Positions 8,853-19,483 are shown, counted from the first letter of the stretch. The stretch: DNA of 64,000 bases from Flavobacteriaceae bacterium (GCA_964230605.1 CAXRIN010000083.1:2643-66642); one strand, 5' to 3'. Notes: generated by a model from the letters alone, not told the origin. Program-made: numbers and translations.

Positions 8853-11800
8853 TTATCTCTCCATCGATGCCACGAACTTCCTCATTGATCTTTCTGTACC
8901 TAACATAAATGAGTAAGGTCCTTGTTCTTTCTCACCCTTTGATTCTCTCTTGTCTGGTTTTAATTCCGTAATCATAGCATTGAAGTCATCTTGAGATGAA
9001 ATAACTCTCATTACACCATTGTTGTATTCAAAGAAATACCAAAGTCCTTCTTCTAACTCAAGGTAAATCGACAACTTTTCTTTAGTCTTTTTTCTAACTA
9101 ATTCAATATATCCTTTTACGTATTTATTTACTTGCTTTTTATCCATTACACCAATTCCCAAGGCACCGTCAGATTTGAAAGATTGGGTTCTTTGATCCCA
9201 ATACATTCGAGCATCAGAGAACATAATGTTGTGACGTACTTCTTTAGGGATTTTTTTGAAAGCTCCGTAAAGATTTAATTGAGAGATCAATTTATCTCCT
9301 AAGTCTTTACCAGCCATTTCCCTTAGAGCTTTTCCATAAACGGGTCTAGTATTATCAACAGGTTGTAATTTTGGATTACCAAGCATGTTCTCTAAAATGT
9401 GCGTCCACATTTTTTCATCCAGGAAGAAGTCTAAAGCTAAAGCACCATCAACTATAACAGAATCACTTTTAGGTTTGTGATTTACCTCTCCGTAGTTTGT
9501 GAAGTTGACTTGACCTAATTTGTCGTTACCTAAATGAATTTCACCTTCACCACGAACAGAACAAGTTTTTGTATTCAAACCAACAAAGTTTCCAGGGAAA
9601 TTAGATTCCATTAATTTGTCTTTGTTAGACAATTGGTATTCATTCATTTCTTCATTGTAATTCAAAAATCCTGAGGCAGAAATTAAACTATTATCGCTAT
9701 GATATTTTTGAGGAGAAAGGAAAGCAGAGTAGAGGTGAGTTGAATCTACTTTTAATAATACTCCTGAACCAAGTTTTGTTCCTTTTGCATTTCCCGGTAA
9801 CCAAGCTTGAACACCTTCTTCTATTGGAATCATAACATTCGAAGGGTCAATGTCGCTCTCAAAACCAATCCATGATTTTTTCAAGTCGTTACATTCATGT
9901 TCCAAGTAAGTTGCACCACGGAAATTCATTCCCTTTTTGTTAGCTTCAATTTTCGTAGTTCCCTTATATCTGAAATGGCTACTTAACATGAATTTATCCT
10001 TTTCGGCAATTTCACCACTTGCCACAGTTTGATAAGACGAGTCTACACGAATGTTATTAAAGTGAATTAGTTGTTTTGAATTATCACCTCCAACATATTC
10101 ATAATCACCTTCGGCTTCATAATCTCTTCTCGCTTTTAATTTCACATTAGCGGCTGTAATGGTGTGATATTGCGTTGTAGTATTTGCAATAATCTTAGCA
10201 TCTTCTAAAGGTTTCATGTTGGCGTTTTTTCGAACCTCCACTTCACCGTCACTTGTATAAATTCTAGCGTCAGCACAGTTAATGAATTTTACTTCATGCG
10301 CTTTAATAATGTATTTTCGTAAATCGTAGTTCGCTTTTGGTGAAATAAATCGCAGTGAATCTTGAGAGGGTAGAGTAGATATGAATTCTGATCCAGATAA
10401 GTCAAGGTCTTGACCTCCTTCAGCAGCTGAAGCTTCTGTTGTTTTTGCATTTTTGCCCGATGATGAAAGCTCAAGCTCAAAATCATCCATAAACCATTTA
10501 AATTGGTCCATGAAACAGATGTATTTGTTCATGGGGAAATCAACGAATGAGGCACCTCCGTTTGCTAAGAATTCACCTTCACGCTTTACAAAATCAATTT
10601 TTGCATTAACGTCATTAGTTGCAAAGGCGATTCCTCCACCATCTGTTTGTACTGAATCAGCTTTTAATTTAAAGTCCGCTGTATCAGCATTAAAAGTCAT
10701 ATTTTGGAATTCAAAAATTTTCGACGTCAAATCAGCATTATCGAAATCTATTAATCCATCTCCTGTGAGTTCTTTGTGGTCGTATCTTAAAATTCCATGC
10801 ATTTTAGCTTCTTCATAATACATCTCAATAGGAGTGCTTTTCTTTTTCATGTTGAAAAAATCATCAGTGGCATAATAAGCTACATCAACTTTCTTCCCTT
10901 TAACATCAGGGTATTCAACACCTGAAGTTTGTGGTTTAATTATAGATGATATTGCAGGAGCTTTCATTGAGTCTAAGTAAAATACAAAGGCTTTTGATTG
11001 CGTAGTGCTAGTAATGTATTCAAAATCACCATCTCCCATTAAACCGTTGTTACTTAAGATGATATCATTTTTGAAAGTGGCTTTCCCGCCATACATTGGG
11101 TATCCTTCAGGAGGTGTTTTTCTTCTAAATCCTAATGAGTGATCAGGCATTAATTTTAAATCCTCTTCAAAATTTGGGAAAATTCCCCCCGAAGTAAATC
11201 TTCCACTGAATCTTAATCCAGCGTTTGAAAAAGTTCCCATACTATCAACAGTAAAAGTATCTAGTTGGAAATATACTTTATCAGGGTTGTATGCATCACC
11301 TCTTGTGTTTCTTTTGTTATATCGTACATACGATTTTTTGTCTGAATGGAATCTAGGGAATTCAGGGAAAGAATCAGATAAGATACCTGATTTGTTAAAA
11401 GGCCAATCGATTTCTAATTTACCAGAAACATCTTCAATTACACTTTGAACCATGGCAACTGGGATTTGGCGCGTACCATCTTCTCTTGTTCTCCAAGTAT
11501 CTTCATTAATCAACCCAGCCTGCAAACGAACTGAATCAACTTCAGAAAGAGATACACCGAAGTCCTCATAACTGAATTCAAATTTCTTGCCCCAAAATTC
11601 ATAACGTTCTGATCTAATAATTCCACCAAATGACATAGCTCTGTTTCTGTGAAGCTTTAATGTTTGATTCTCAGGCATGAAACCAGTTTTACGAGCTCTA
11701 CTCAATGCAACTCCATTAACACCTCTAAGTGTTACATCAAAGTTGATTAAATTCATACTTCCATTAGCTTCTCCTTTAATGTCGGAGATAATTTCAATAT

Positions 11801-13493
11801 TATCGTAATCTCCTTTCTTGGATTTTGCATTCATCCATTCGAATAAACGATCTTGAACAGTGATAATTCCCTCTTCGATGTTGTAAACCATGAATCCTTG
11901 ACTGGCTAAGCGAACACAAGACCTTTTAACAGATTCGTGATCTTTTCTAAGGTAGTTAGCTAAATCAGCATCTTTGAAAGTTCGTTCTCCTAAGTTTTCG
12001 TCCATTACAAACTTTTTGATATTGTAAAGAGGGTGGACTTCTTGGAGGCCTTGAAGAGACATGAATTTATCATCTGAATAGAAACTACTAGATTCTAATC
12101 GCATGATTCCAGAACTCGATCCTGGTATGGTTAAAAAGTCAATGTAGTCTTTATCGATGTGCCATTTTAACCATTCAATTTCCATGTCCACTTTATGGAA
12201 AGTGTTATAGTAAGGAGACACTCCAATACCTTTTCCTTCTCGGTAAAGTGTTAATTCTCTTTTGTCTGTAATGAACTTAAACTGTAAAGCAGGGTGGAAG
12301 ATGGAGTCGGTATCCAAAATCATTGTAATAGTCGCGTATCTTGTTGCAATTCTTTCATCATTGATTGTGAATGATTGGGATTTAGCAATTAAGAAAGGTT
12401 CTCCTCGACGTTTTACAGTAATTTTCGCAGGTCGACCATCAACTATTTTACCAATGAATTTATCTCCTTTGATCATAAATCCACCTTCATAATCGATACT
12501 ATCTTCGAGTTCTTCAATTAAAACCTTACCTGAGTAGGAAATGAAACGAGGGTAAGTAGCATTGTTTGTATCAACGTTAGCTAGTAGTTTCTCTTCTAAT
12601 CTTCCTTGAATTAATTCATCAAAATACTTTTTGTTCAAATAAGTAACAGAATCTGCTTCATATCTACTAGATTTTAATTCAATCGAATAATCTGACAAAT
12701 CTGCGTAAGATTGAGATTCAGGAATCCCAGCTCTAGTCCATAAAACACGACCTCCTTCGCCTCTCCATATACCAATAGTAGGGTAGAAGCTCCCTTTGGT
12801 TTTATAAATTCTGGCAGTATCACCTTTCGCTACACAGAATAAATCCATTTCAGGAAAAACAACTTTTGGTAAACTATCATAATCAAACGAGAAAGTAGAT
12901 GATGTACCTAGCCATTTTACGTTTTGAGTGATATAAACAGCGTTGTATAAAAAGATGTTGTTACAGTTGTTTAAGAATACAGTAAAGTATCTTTTCTTTT
13001 CATCAATTAATTTGTTTGCTGTTATGTTCCAAGCATCAAAAGAGTCTTCTGTTTGATAGGTTGTGAAGAAACTAATCACAGAATATATGTATGATCTAAA
13101 GTCAGGGATTGCTTTCATTCTTTTGGAAAGCATTTTGTTACACATTTGAATAATCATCGAGATTTGATAATCATTCAATTTTCCGCTTTCAAATCCGTAA
13201 ACAAATGAACTTTCAGCGTTAAGTTTTTTTAATCGAGCTTGGAAAACTGCGTTAGCTTGTTTGTATATTTTTTCTTCTTTTTTAGGGTTAACCATGTCCA
13301 TTGGCCAAATCGCTTTAAGTTCGGACATAATCATACCTGCTTCATCTTCGCTTGTTTTGGCGATAAAAGACTCCAGTTCTTTTAAAAACTTCTCTTTATC
13401 ATTGGAGAAATTAGTTAATGATTGTGCTTTAACAACCATTGGAGTAACAGAGATCAAGAATAGAAAAACTACTTTTTTGTAAAAGTTAAGCAT
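8853..13493 (-). CDS. very large (1546 aa) secreted or envelope protein of unknown function
   Basis: Uninterrupted 4.6-kb ORF with an N-terminal signal (VVFLFLISVTPMVVKAQS). Its start overlaps the prmA stop by 25 nt. I see no recognisable T9SS C-terminal domain. Confidence 0.6.
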   Translation of the reverse strand: MLNFYKKVVFLFLISVTPMVVKAQSLTNFSNDKEKFLKELESFIAKTSEDEAGMIMSELKAIWPMDMVNPKKEEKIYKQANAVFQARLKKLNAESSFVYGFESGKLNDYQISMIIQMCNKMLSKRMKAIPDFRSYIYSVISFFTTYQTEDSFDAWNITANKLIDEKKRYFTVFLNNCNNIFLYNAVYITQNVKWLGTSSTFSFDYDSLPKVVFPEMDLFCVAKGDTARIYKTKGSFYPTIGIWRGEGGRVLWTRAGIPESQSYADLSDYSIELKSSRYEADSVTYLNKKYFDELIQGRLEEKLLANVDTNNATYPRFISYSGKVLIEELEDSIDYEGGFMIKGDKFIGKIVDGRPAKITVKRRGEPFLIAKSQSFTINDERIATRYATITMILDTDSIFHPALQFKFITDKRELTLYREGKGIGVSPYYNTFHKVDMEIEWLKWHIDKDYIDFLTIPGSSSGIMRLESSSFYSDDKFMSLQGLQEVHPLYNIKKFVMDENLGERTFKDADLANYLRKDHESVKRSCVRLASQGFMVYNIEEGIITVQDRLFEWMNAKSKKGDYDNIEIISDIKGEANGSMNLINFDVTLRGVNGVALSRARKTGFMPENQTLKLHRNRAMSFGGIIRSERYEFWGKKFEFSYEDFGVSLSEVDSVRLQAGLINEDTWRTREDGTRQIPVAMVQSVIEDVSGKLEIDWPFNKSGILSDSFPEFPRFHSDKKSYVRYNKRNTRGDAYNPDKVYFQLDTFTVDSMGTFSNAGLRFSGRFTSGGIFPNFEEDLKLMPDHSLGFRRKTPPEGYPMYGGKATFKNDIILSNNGLMGDGDFEYITSTTQSKAFVFYLDSMKAPAISSIIKPQTSGVEYPDVKGKKVDVAYYATDDFFNMKKKSTPIEMYYEEAKMHGILRYDHKELTGDGLIDFDNADLTSKIFEFQNMTFNADTADFKLKADSVQTDGGGIAFATNDVNAKIDFVKREGEFLANGGASFVDFPMNKYICFMDQFKWFMDDFELELSSSGKNAKTTEASAAEGGQDLDLSGSEFISTLPSQDSLRFISPKANYDLRKYIIKAHEVKFINCADARIYTSDGEVEVRKNANMKPLEDAKIIANTTTQYHTITAANVKLKARRDYEAEGDYEYVGGDNSKQLIHFNNIRVDSSYQTVASGEIAEKDKFMLSSHFRYKGTTKIEANKKGMNFRGATYLEHECNDLKKSWIGFESDIDPSNVMIPIEEGVQAWLPGNAKGTKLGSGVLLKVDSTHLYSAFLSPQKYHSDNSLISASGFLNYNEEMNEYQLSNKDKLMESNFPGNFVGLNTKTCSVRGEGEIHLGNDKLGQVNFTNYGEVNHKPKSDSVIVDGALALDFFLDEKMWTHILENMLGNPKLQPVDNTRPVYGKALREMAGKDLGDKLISQLNLYGAFKKIPKEVRHNIMFSDARMYWDQRTQSFKSDGALGIGVMDKKQVNKYVKGYIELVRKKTKEKLSIYLELEEGLWYFFEYNNGVMRVISSQDDFNAMITELKPDKRESKGEKEQGPYSFMLGTERSMRKFVASMER

Positions 13494-14302
13494 AACCAGT
13501 TTTCTTTATTGAGTTTTTTTAATGGGGCGAAATTTTGAGATTTTGCACAATCTGTAATAGTTTGTTCATCGTCAGTTAAAAATCCGCTTAAAAATAAATT
13601 CCCTCCAGGTTTCAAATGAGATGCATAAACATCCATTTGATCAACTAGAATATTGCGATTGATATTGGCTAAAATAACGTCGAATTTCCTGTCTGAAATT
13701 TGTTCTTTACCGCCAAGTTTAACATTTAGTTCAACTTGATTTGTTTGTGCGTTTTCCAAACAATTTTCAACAGCCCACTCTTCTATATCAATTGCTTCAA
13801 CATACGAAGCGCCCATCTTTTTTGCTAAAATTCCAAGAACCCCAGTTCCTGAGCCCATATCAAGAACATCTTTGTTTTCAAGCTTTAAATCTTGCATTCC
13901 TTGAACCATCATAAAGGTTGTTTCATGATGACCAGTTCCAAAAGACATTTTAGGTTCAATAACGATTGAGTACTTCGTTTCAAACGTATTTTGATGGAAA
14001 GGAGCGAGTATACTGCACCAGTTTCCCACTAAAATAGGTTCAAATGAAGATTCCCAAACTTCGTTCCAGTTTTGAGTAGGGATTTCTTCTAGTTTGAATT
14101 CAAACTTTAAATCTTCTCTTGTTATCAAATTTTGAAGAAAAGATTCTAGGTCGTTATTAAGATCGTTTGAAGGGATGTAGGCGTTAAATCCGTTTTCAGT
14201 TTCTTCAAAACTATCACAGCCTAAATTTCCTAATTCGTCAATAAAAACATCAACCCAGGGTGACCTGGGTTGAATGTTTATAGATATTTTATGGTAATCC
14301 AT
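13469..14302 (-). CDS. prmA: ribosomal protein L11 methyltransferase
   Basis: 277 aa with SAM motif DMGSGTGVLGI and PrmA-like N-terminal domain. It follows tpiA by 2 nt. Confidence 0.85.
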   Translation of the reverse strand: MDYHKISINIQPRSPWVDVFIDELGNLGCDSFEETENGFNAYIPSNDLNNDLESFLQNLITREDLKFEFKLEEIPTQNWNEVWESSFEPILVGNWCSILAPFHQNTFETKYSIVIEPKMSFGTGHHETTFMMVQGMQDLKLENKDVLDMGSGTGVLGILAKKMGASYVEAIDIEEWAVENCLENAQTNQVELNVKLGGKEQISDRKFDVILANINRNILVDQMDVYASHLKPGGNLFLSGFLTDDEQTITDCAKSQNFAPLKKLNKENWLCLTFTKK

Positions 14303-14304
14303 TA

Positions 14305-15066
14305 TTAATTAAATGCTGTAATGATTCCAATGAAGTCTTCAGCTTTTAAAGAAGCACCTCCAATTAAACCACCATCAACATCTTTTTTACCGAAAATTTC
14401 AGCAGCGTTAGAAGGCTTACAAGAACCTCCATAAAGGATAGAAGTTTCGTCAGCAACAGCTTGTCCGTATTTATTAGCAACAAAACCTCTGATGAAAGCA
14501 TGCATGTCTTGTGCTTGGTCAGGAGATGCTGTTAATCCAGTTCCAATAGCCCAAACTGGTTCGTATGCGATAACAACTTTCCCAAAATCTTCTGGAGATA
14601 AGTGAAATAACTCAGCTTCAATTTGACCTCCAACAACTTCATTTTGTTTTCCGCTTTCTCTTTCTTCTTTAACTTCTCCACAACAGTAAATAGGAGTTAA
14701 ACCTTGAGCTATAACAGCATCTACTTTTTTCGCGATGTCAGCAGCGTTTTCTCCAAAGTATTCTCTTCTCTCAGAGTGTCCAATGATTACATAACCAACA
14801 CCAACGCTTTTTAACATTTCTGCAGATATTTCTCCAGTATAAGCTCCATTTGCTTCTTGGTGAACGTTTTGTGCAGATACGTTTACAGAAGAACCATTAG
14901 CCGCTTTTACAGCTTCTGATAAGTTTACGTAAGGAGGAGAAACAACAACTGTTACGTCGCTAACTTCAACCTTAGCTAATTCATTTTTTAAATCTTCAAT
15001 TAACTGTACTCCTTCGTTTACAGTTTTGTTCATTTTCCAGTTTCCTGCAACAATTTTACGTGCCAT
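14305..15066 (-). CDS. tpiA: triosephosphate isomerase
   Basis: Contains GNWKMN, IIGHSERR and AYEPVWAIGTG. Confidence 0.95.
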   Translation of the reverse strand: MARKIVAGNWKMNKTVNEGVQLIEDLKNELAKVEVSDVTVVVSPPYVNLSEAVKAANGSSVNVSAQNVHQEANGAYTGEISAEMLKSVGVGYVIIGHSERREYFGENAADIAKKVDAVIAQGLTPIYCCGEVKEERESGKQNEVVGGQIEAELFHLSPEDFGKVVIAYEPVWAIGTGLTASPDQAQDMHAFIRGFVANKYGQAVADETSILYGGSCKPSNAAEIFGKKDVDGGLIGGASLKAEDFIGIITAFN

Positions 15067-15075
15067 AACTATAGT

Positions 15076-16443
15076 TTAATTTAAAATATCGTCTTTTATT
15101 TCCTCAAAGGTCGGTAAATCATAGTAATGCCATTTACCTAAAACCAAATCTTTTTTCCACAAAAATAATCCTGGACTAGATCTTATCATTGTTTTCAACT
15201 CTTTATCATCACAATAATAGAATCTTACTTGTGTTTCCATTTCTTGTTTGAAAGCGTCAATTCTGTTGATATCATTCTCTGATGTCAGAATTGTAGTGTT
15301 TGCTTTCGCTTCTTTGTTAAAGTCATAGTAAAGATTTTGATACTGCTTGTAGTATTTTTCACCTTCAGCAGATTTGTTGAAATGCCACCCGTCGTTGGCT
15401 TCGGTAAATTCTCCAAAAAAGTCTAAACTTCTAACTACAAGTACCAATCTATAATTCGTGTCATTTAACATCTCGTCAATTCTATTCTCAAAATCGTCTC
15501 TAATCGATTCAGCTCTTAAATCAACAATTTTAGGATCAATATCAGGATAGAAATCTTGAGTTTCCTCTTTTATGAATTCCCATTCATCTTTTAGCTCGTC
15601 AGGTATTTCTGTTACTATATTATTCTGTCCAGTTGATTTAACCTTAATGTGAATTACAGTTAATTCTTCATGTACATTTCTAAAATAAGGAGCGGCAGAA
15701 TCATTTGGATCTGCATAAGGTTCCCAGTTCTGATAATCATCCGGATAGTTTGCCATTTCAGCAACAACTCCGTTTGTTTTATTTTTTAGTTTGTATAGAA
15801 TTAAAGGATTTCCAGGTTTAGTTTCCATTTGTTCCAGTAAGTTATTTCCCACTTTGTAAGCTCTGTGATCAGCAAAAGGTAAATGGTTGTATGCGTAGAA
15901 AGTAAATAAGAAAAAAACTATAAAAGAAGAGTAGATAGTTATTCTATCGCCTATTGGCGTTAATAATGAATGAATATTTTTCCTCGCAATAAAAATTGGA
16001 ATAATTAACCCAAGAAGGATAAGGTCCTTAATGAAACTTTGCATTGGCGTAAGAGGGATAAAGTCTCCAAAACAACCACAAGATCTTACAATGTCGTATT
16101 CTGCACTTGCAAAAGTTAAAATGGTAAAGAATACAATAAGCGCCAATAACCACATGGAAACCTGTTTCATTTTGGTTCCTGTAAGCGTTAATATCCCTAA
16201 AACAATTTCCAAAACAACTATAAACATGGCTTGCGGCAGTGCAATTTGTTCAAGCCATTCAAGTGGAGTAGCGATAAACCCTAATCCATGATCGGTTGCA
16301 ATTTTGGCAAACTCTACAAAATATTCTTCTAGTTTATATGAAAATCCAAGTGGGTCATTTGCCTTAACTAATCCTGAGAAAATGAAAAGACCACCAACAA
16401 GCAGTCTACAAATCCAAACAATAATTCTTAAAATAATATTCAT
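15076..16443 (-). CDS. DoxX/MauE-type membrane protein with large C-terminal soluble domain
   Basis: 455 aa. The N-terminal ~190 aa hold several TM helices (CRLLVGGLFIFSGLVKANDP is a DoxX-like start). I recall the tpiA-DoxX-DUF1599-folP synteny as common in Bacteroidota. Confidence 0.6.
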   Translation of the reverse strand: MNIILRIIVWICRLLVGGLFIFSGLVKANDPLGFSYKLEEYFVEFAKIATDHGLGFIATPLEWLEQIALPQAMFIVVLEIVLGILTLTGTKMKQVSMWLLALIVFFTILTFASAEYDIVRSCGCFGDFIPLTPMQSFIKDLILLGLIIPIFIARKNIHSLLTPIGDRITIYSSFIVFFLFTFYAYNHLPFADHRAYKVGNNLLEQMETKPGNPLILYKLKNKTNGVVAEMANYPDDYQNWEPYADPNDSAAPYFRNVHEELTVIHIKVKSTGQNNIVTEIPDELKDEWEFIKEETQDFYPDIDPKIVDLRAESIRDDFENRIDEMLNDTNYRLVLVVRSLDFFGEFTEANDGWHFNKSAEGEKYYKQYQNLYYDFNKEAKANTTILTSENDINRIDAFKQEMETQVRFYYCDDKELKTMIRSSPGLFLWKKDLVLGKWHYYDLPTFEEIKDDILN

Positions 16444-16509
16444 TTTGATCCTGTTTTCTTTGAATTTAGATAAGGAATATATTGATCACGAATTTCTTAA
16501 CAGTTTTAA

Positions 16510-17064
16510 CTAAACATTAACGCTCTCAGCTTCGCCTAAACGAATCATAGCAAAAATAGAGTAGTTAATCATGTCTAAATAGTTAGCGTCTAAACCTTCA
16601 CTTACGATAGTTTTACCCTCATTGTCTTCAATAGATTTAACTCTAAGTAATTTCATTAAAATCAAATCGGTTAAAGAGCTAACCCTCATTTCACGCCAAG
16701 CTTCACCATAATCATGATTTTTATTGGCCATTAAATCTTTAGCTGTTTGTAAATATTTAGCATGCAAAGAAGCAATTTTATCTTCTTCTGTATCATCATT
16801 CATAGCAGCTCCTAATTCTAATTGAATTAAAGCCATTACACAGTAATTGATGATTCCAATGTATTCTGGTACGATTCCTTCACCAACTTTAGACTCTCCA
16901 TTTTGCTCAAGCGTTCTAATTCTTTGCGCTTTGATAAATATTTGATCAGTTAAGGATGTGGTTCTCAGAATTCTCCAAGCTGTACCATAATCTTTCATTT
17001 TCTTCAAAAACAAATCTGAACATTTCGAGATTATTACATCGAATTCCGCTGCTGTATTACTCAT
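16510..17064 (-). CDS. DUF1599 domain protein (internally duplicated)
   Basis: 184 aa with two tandem halves: DYGTAWRILRTTSLTDQIFIKAQRIRTLE and DYGEAWREMRVSSLTDLILMKLLRVKSIE. It is divergent from folP. Confidence 0.7.
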   Translation of the reverse strand: MSNTAAEFDVIISKCSDLFLKKMKDYGTAWRILRTTSLTDQIFIKAQRIRTLEQNGESKVGEGIVPEYIGIINYCVMALIQLELGAAMNDDTEEDKIASLHAKYLQTAKDLMANKNHDYGEAWREMRVSSLTDLILMKLLRVKSIEDNEGKTIVSEGLDANYLDMINYSIFAMIRLGEAESVNV

Positions 17065-17068
17065 TTTC

Positions 17069-17076
17069 TATTTTTG
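17069..17076 (+). promoter_or_regulatory. candidate -7 promoter box TATTTTTG for folP
   Basis: Perfect TAnnTTTG match ending 6 nt before ATG 17083. The track's TTG start (17074) lies inside this box. Confidence 0.45.
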
Positions 17077-17082
17077 CTAAAT

Positions 17083-17934
17083 ATGAACTTGAAAGATAGC
17101 CCATTTTCTAAAAAACACCGCCTTGAAATAGGAGAGAAAACTATTGATTTTTCAACACCCAAGGTAATGGGGGTACTAAACGTTACGCCAGATTCGTTTT
17201 TCGACGGTGGGAAAAATAATTCAATTGAGTCAGCTTTATCTCAAGCAGCGTTAATGATAAATGAAGGAGCCGATTTTATTGATGTTGGTGGATATTCTTC
17301 AAAACCGGGTGCCGATGAGTTTTCGATAGAAGAGGAAATAAATAGGACTGTCCCTGTTGTTCAAGCTATTCATGAAAAATTCCCGGAGGTTTTTATTTCG
17401 ATTGATACTTTCAGACAAAATGTTGCACAAGAAAATATTAACGCTGGAGCAACATGGGTGAATGATATTTCTGCAGGGAATTTAGATGAAAAAATGATTC
17501 CTTGGATAAAGGAAAACAAGATACCATACATCGCTATGCATATGCGAGGAAATCCTCAAACAATGCAAAGTCAGTGCGAGTATATTGATTTAACTAAACA
17601 GATTTTGGCAGAACTGATATCTTCTGTAAGAGAACTTGAGTCCGATCATCCTTTAATTTTAGATCCCGGATTTGGATTTTCAAAAACATTGGATCAGAAT
17701 TATGAATTGATGCGAAATCTTGATTTGTTTGCAGAGTTAGATCAACCATTTCTTGTTGGAATAAGTCGTAAATCAATGATTTACAAATTGCTGGGTACTT
17801 CTCCAGATATGGCTTTAAATGGAACAACGATTTTAAATACCATTGGAATTTTAAAAGGTGCAAGTGTATTAAGAGTTCACGATGTTAAAGAGGCTAGGGA
17901 AGTAGTTCAGTTGATAAAGAAATTGTATTCCTAA
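17083..17934 (+). CDS. folP: dihydropteroate synthase
   Basis: Contains GVLNVTPDSFFDGG, DVGGYSSKPGA, ISIDT, NDISAG and DPGFGFSKT. Start moved from TTG 17074 to ATG 17083. Confidence 0.9.
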   Translation: MNLKDSPFSKKHRLEIGEKTIDFSTPKVMGVLNVTPDSFFDGGKNNSIESALSQAALMINEGADFIDVGGYSSKPGADEFSIEEEINRTVPVVQAIHEKFPEVFISIDTFRQNVAQENINAGATWVNDISAGNLDEKMIPWIKENKIPYIAMHMRGNPQTMQSQCEYIDLTKQILAELISSVRELESDHPLILDPGFGFSKTLDQNYELMRNLDLFAELDQPFLVGISRKSMIYKLLGTSPDMALNGTTILNTIGILKGASVLRVHDVKEAREVVQLIKKLYS

Positions 17935-17941
17935 AATAAAA

Positions 17942-17965
17942 CCCTCCATGAAAATACATGGAGGG
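17942..17965. terminator. stem-loop between convergent folP and the HtrA-family gene
   Basis: ccctccatg-aaaata-catggaggg gives a 9-bp GC-rich stem. The upstream flank is A-rich, which reads T-rich on the minus strand. Confidence 0.6.
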
Positions 17966-18034
17966 TGAGAACAACATAAACCGTGGTGGTTTTAAAAGGT
18001 ATAGCTACACGTAGCTAATTGAGAACAAACGATT

Positions 18035-19483
18035 TTACATTCCAAATCCATAATACGCTTTAGCGCCACTTGGATAAATTCCTTCAATTAAAACACCTCC
18101 TTTTGTGTTTTGAAGTGTTTCGATTAAGTGATCTGGAGATTTAATTTCTTTGTTATTTACTTTGGTGATGATGAAACCTTTCTTTAATCCTTCTTTTAAG
18201 AATTTTCCATATTTCAATTCATCAATTCTTGCTCCTCCATCAATTCCTAATTCTTTCTTTTCTTTGCTTGAGACCTTTCCTAACTTTGCACCTAGGAATG
18301 AAACTTCTTTAGCGATTGATTCGGTGGTTCCTAGTTTGTTTTTAAGAGTTAGAGAAGAATGTTCAATTTTTCCATCACGCTCAAATTCAATATTTACAAG
18401 ATCTCCTGGTCTGTATTGACCAATTCTTTCTTGTAATTCTGCCGGAGACTTAACCTTTACGCCATTTATCGATCTAATAACATCACCATCTTCAAGTCCA
18501 CCTTCAGAAGCAGAACTCCCGTCCATGACCTTTGAAATATAAACACCTTCTAAGTCTTCTATATTTTCTTTTTCAGCAAGATCTTGGTTTATTTCACGAA
18601 TTTGAACTCCTAATAAAGCTCTTTGTACAGTACCGTGCTGTGCTAAATCACCCATGATTTTCTTTACCATGTTAACCGGTACGGCAAATGAGTATCCAGT
18701 GTAAGATCCCGTGTTGGATGCAATGGCTGTATTAATACCTATTAGTTCACCTTTCTGATTAACCAAAGCTCCTCCTGAGTTTCCTGGGTTAACTGCGGCA
18801 TCTGTTTGAATAAAGCTCTCAATTGCATAATCTTCTTTAAGGATATTGATGTTTCTTCCTTTAGCTGATACAATTCCTGCTGTAACAGTTGATGTTAAGT
18901 TAAATGGATTTCCAACAGCGAGTACCCATTGGCCAACGTTTACCTCATCAGAATTTCCGTAGTAAATAGCAGGGAGATCTTTTTCTTCAATTTTAATTAA
19001 AGCTAAATCCGTTGTAGGATCTGTTCCAATGATTGTTCCGTTGTAAGTTCTTTTATCGTTTAAAGTAACTTCAATTTTTGTAGCCCCTTCAATCACGTGG
19101 TTGTTAGTAGCGATGTAACCGTCTTCCGAGATAATTACACCTGATCCAGATCCCGCAACTTCCTGCTTTGGCGCTTGTCTTGGTTGACCAAAGAAAAACT
19201 CTTGAAAAGGATCAAATTGCTGTTGTGCAACTTCACGAGTTGCTATTGTTTTGATGTGAACTACACTATTAACTGATTGACTGGCTGCTTGCTCAAATGT
19301 TGGCATGTTAGCCGTAAATGGAGCAGCTGAATTTGATAACTGAATTTGGGGTTGGGCTTCAATTATCGTTGGGGTTGAAGTTGCTGTTTTTGGATTTTCG
19401 TTCAAAATATAAAATCCTCCAAGCGCAAGAGCCGCTCCTAAACTGGCTGTTAAAATACTTTGACTAAACTTTTTCATTCTCAA
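18035..19483 (-). CDS. HtrA/DegP/DegQ-family periplasmic serine protease with two PDZ domains
   Basis: 482 aa with His context TNNHVI, Asp context DLALIKI and Ser context GNSGGAL. It has an N-terminal signal/anchor and a C-terminal PDZ-like duplication. Confidence 0.85.
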   Translation of the reverse strand: MRMKKFSQSILTASLGAALALGGFYILNENPKTATSTPTIIEAQPQIQLSNSAAPFTANMPTFEQAASQSVNSVVHIKTIATREVAQQQFDPFQEFFFGQPRQAPKQEVAGSGSGVIISEDGYIATNNHVIEGATKIEVTLNDKRTYNGTIIGTDPTTDLALIKIEEKDLPAIYYGNSDEVNVGQWVLAVGNPFNLTSTVTAGIVSAKGRNINILKEDYAIESFIQTDAAVNPGNSGGALVNQKGELIGINTAIASNTGSYTGYSFAVPVNMVKKIMGDLAQHGTVQRALLGVQIREINQDLAEKENIEDLEGVYISKVMDGSSASEGGLEDGDVIRSINGVKVKSPAELQERIGQYRPGDLVNIEFERDGKIEHSSLTLKNKLGTTESIAKEVSFLGAKLGKVSSKEKKELGIDGGARIDELKYGKFLKEGLKKGFIITKVNNKEIKSPDHLIETLQNTKGGVLIEGIYPSGAKAYYGFGM

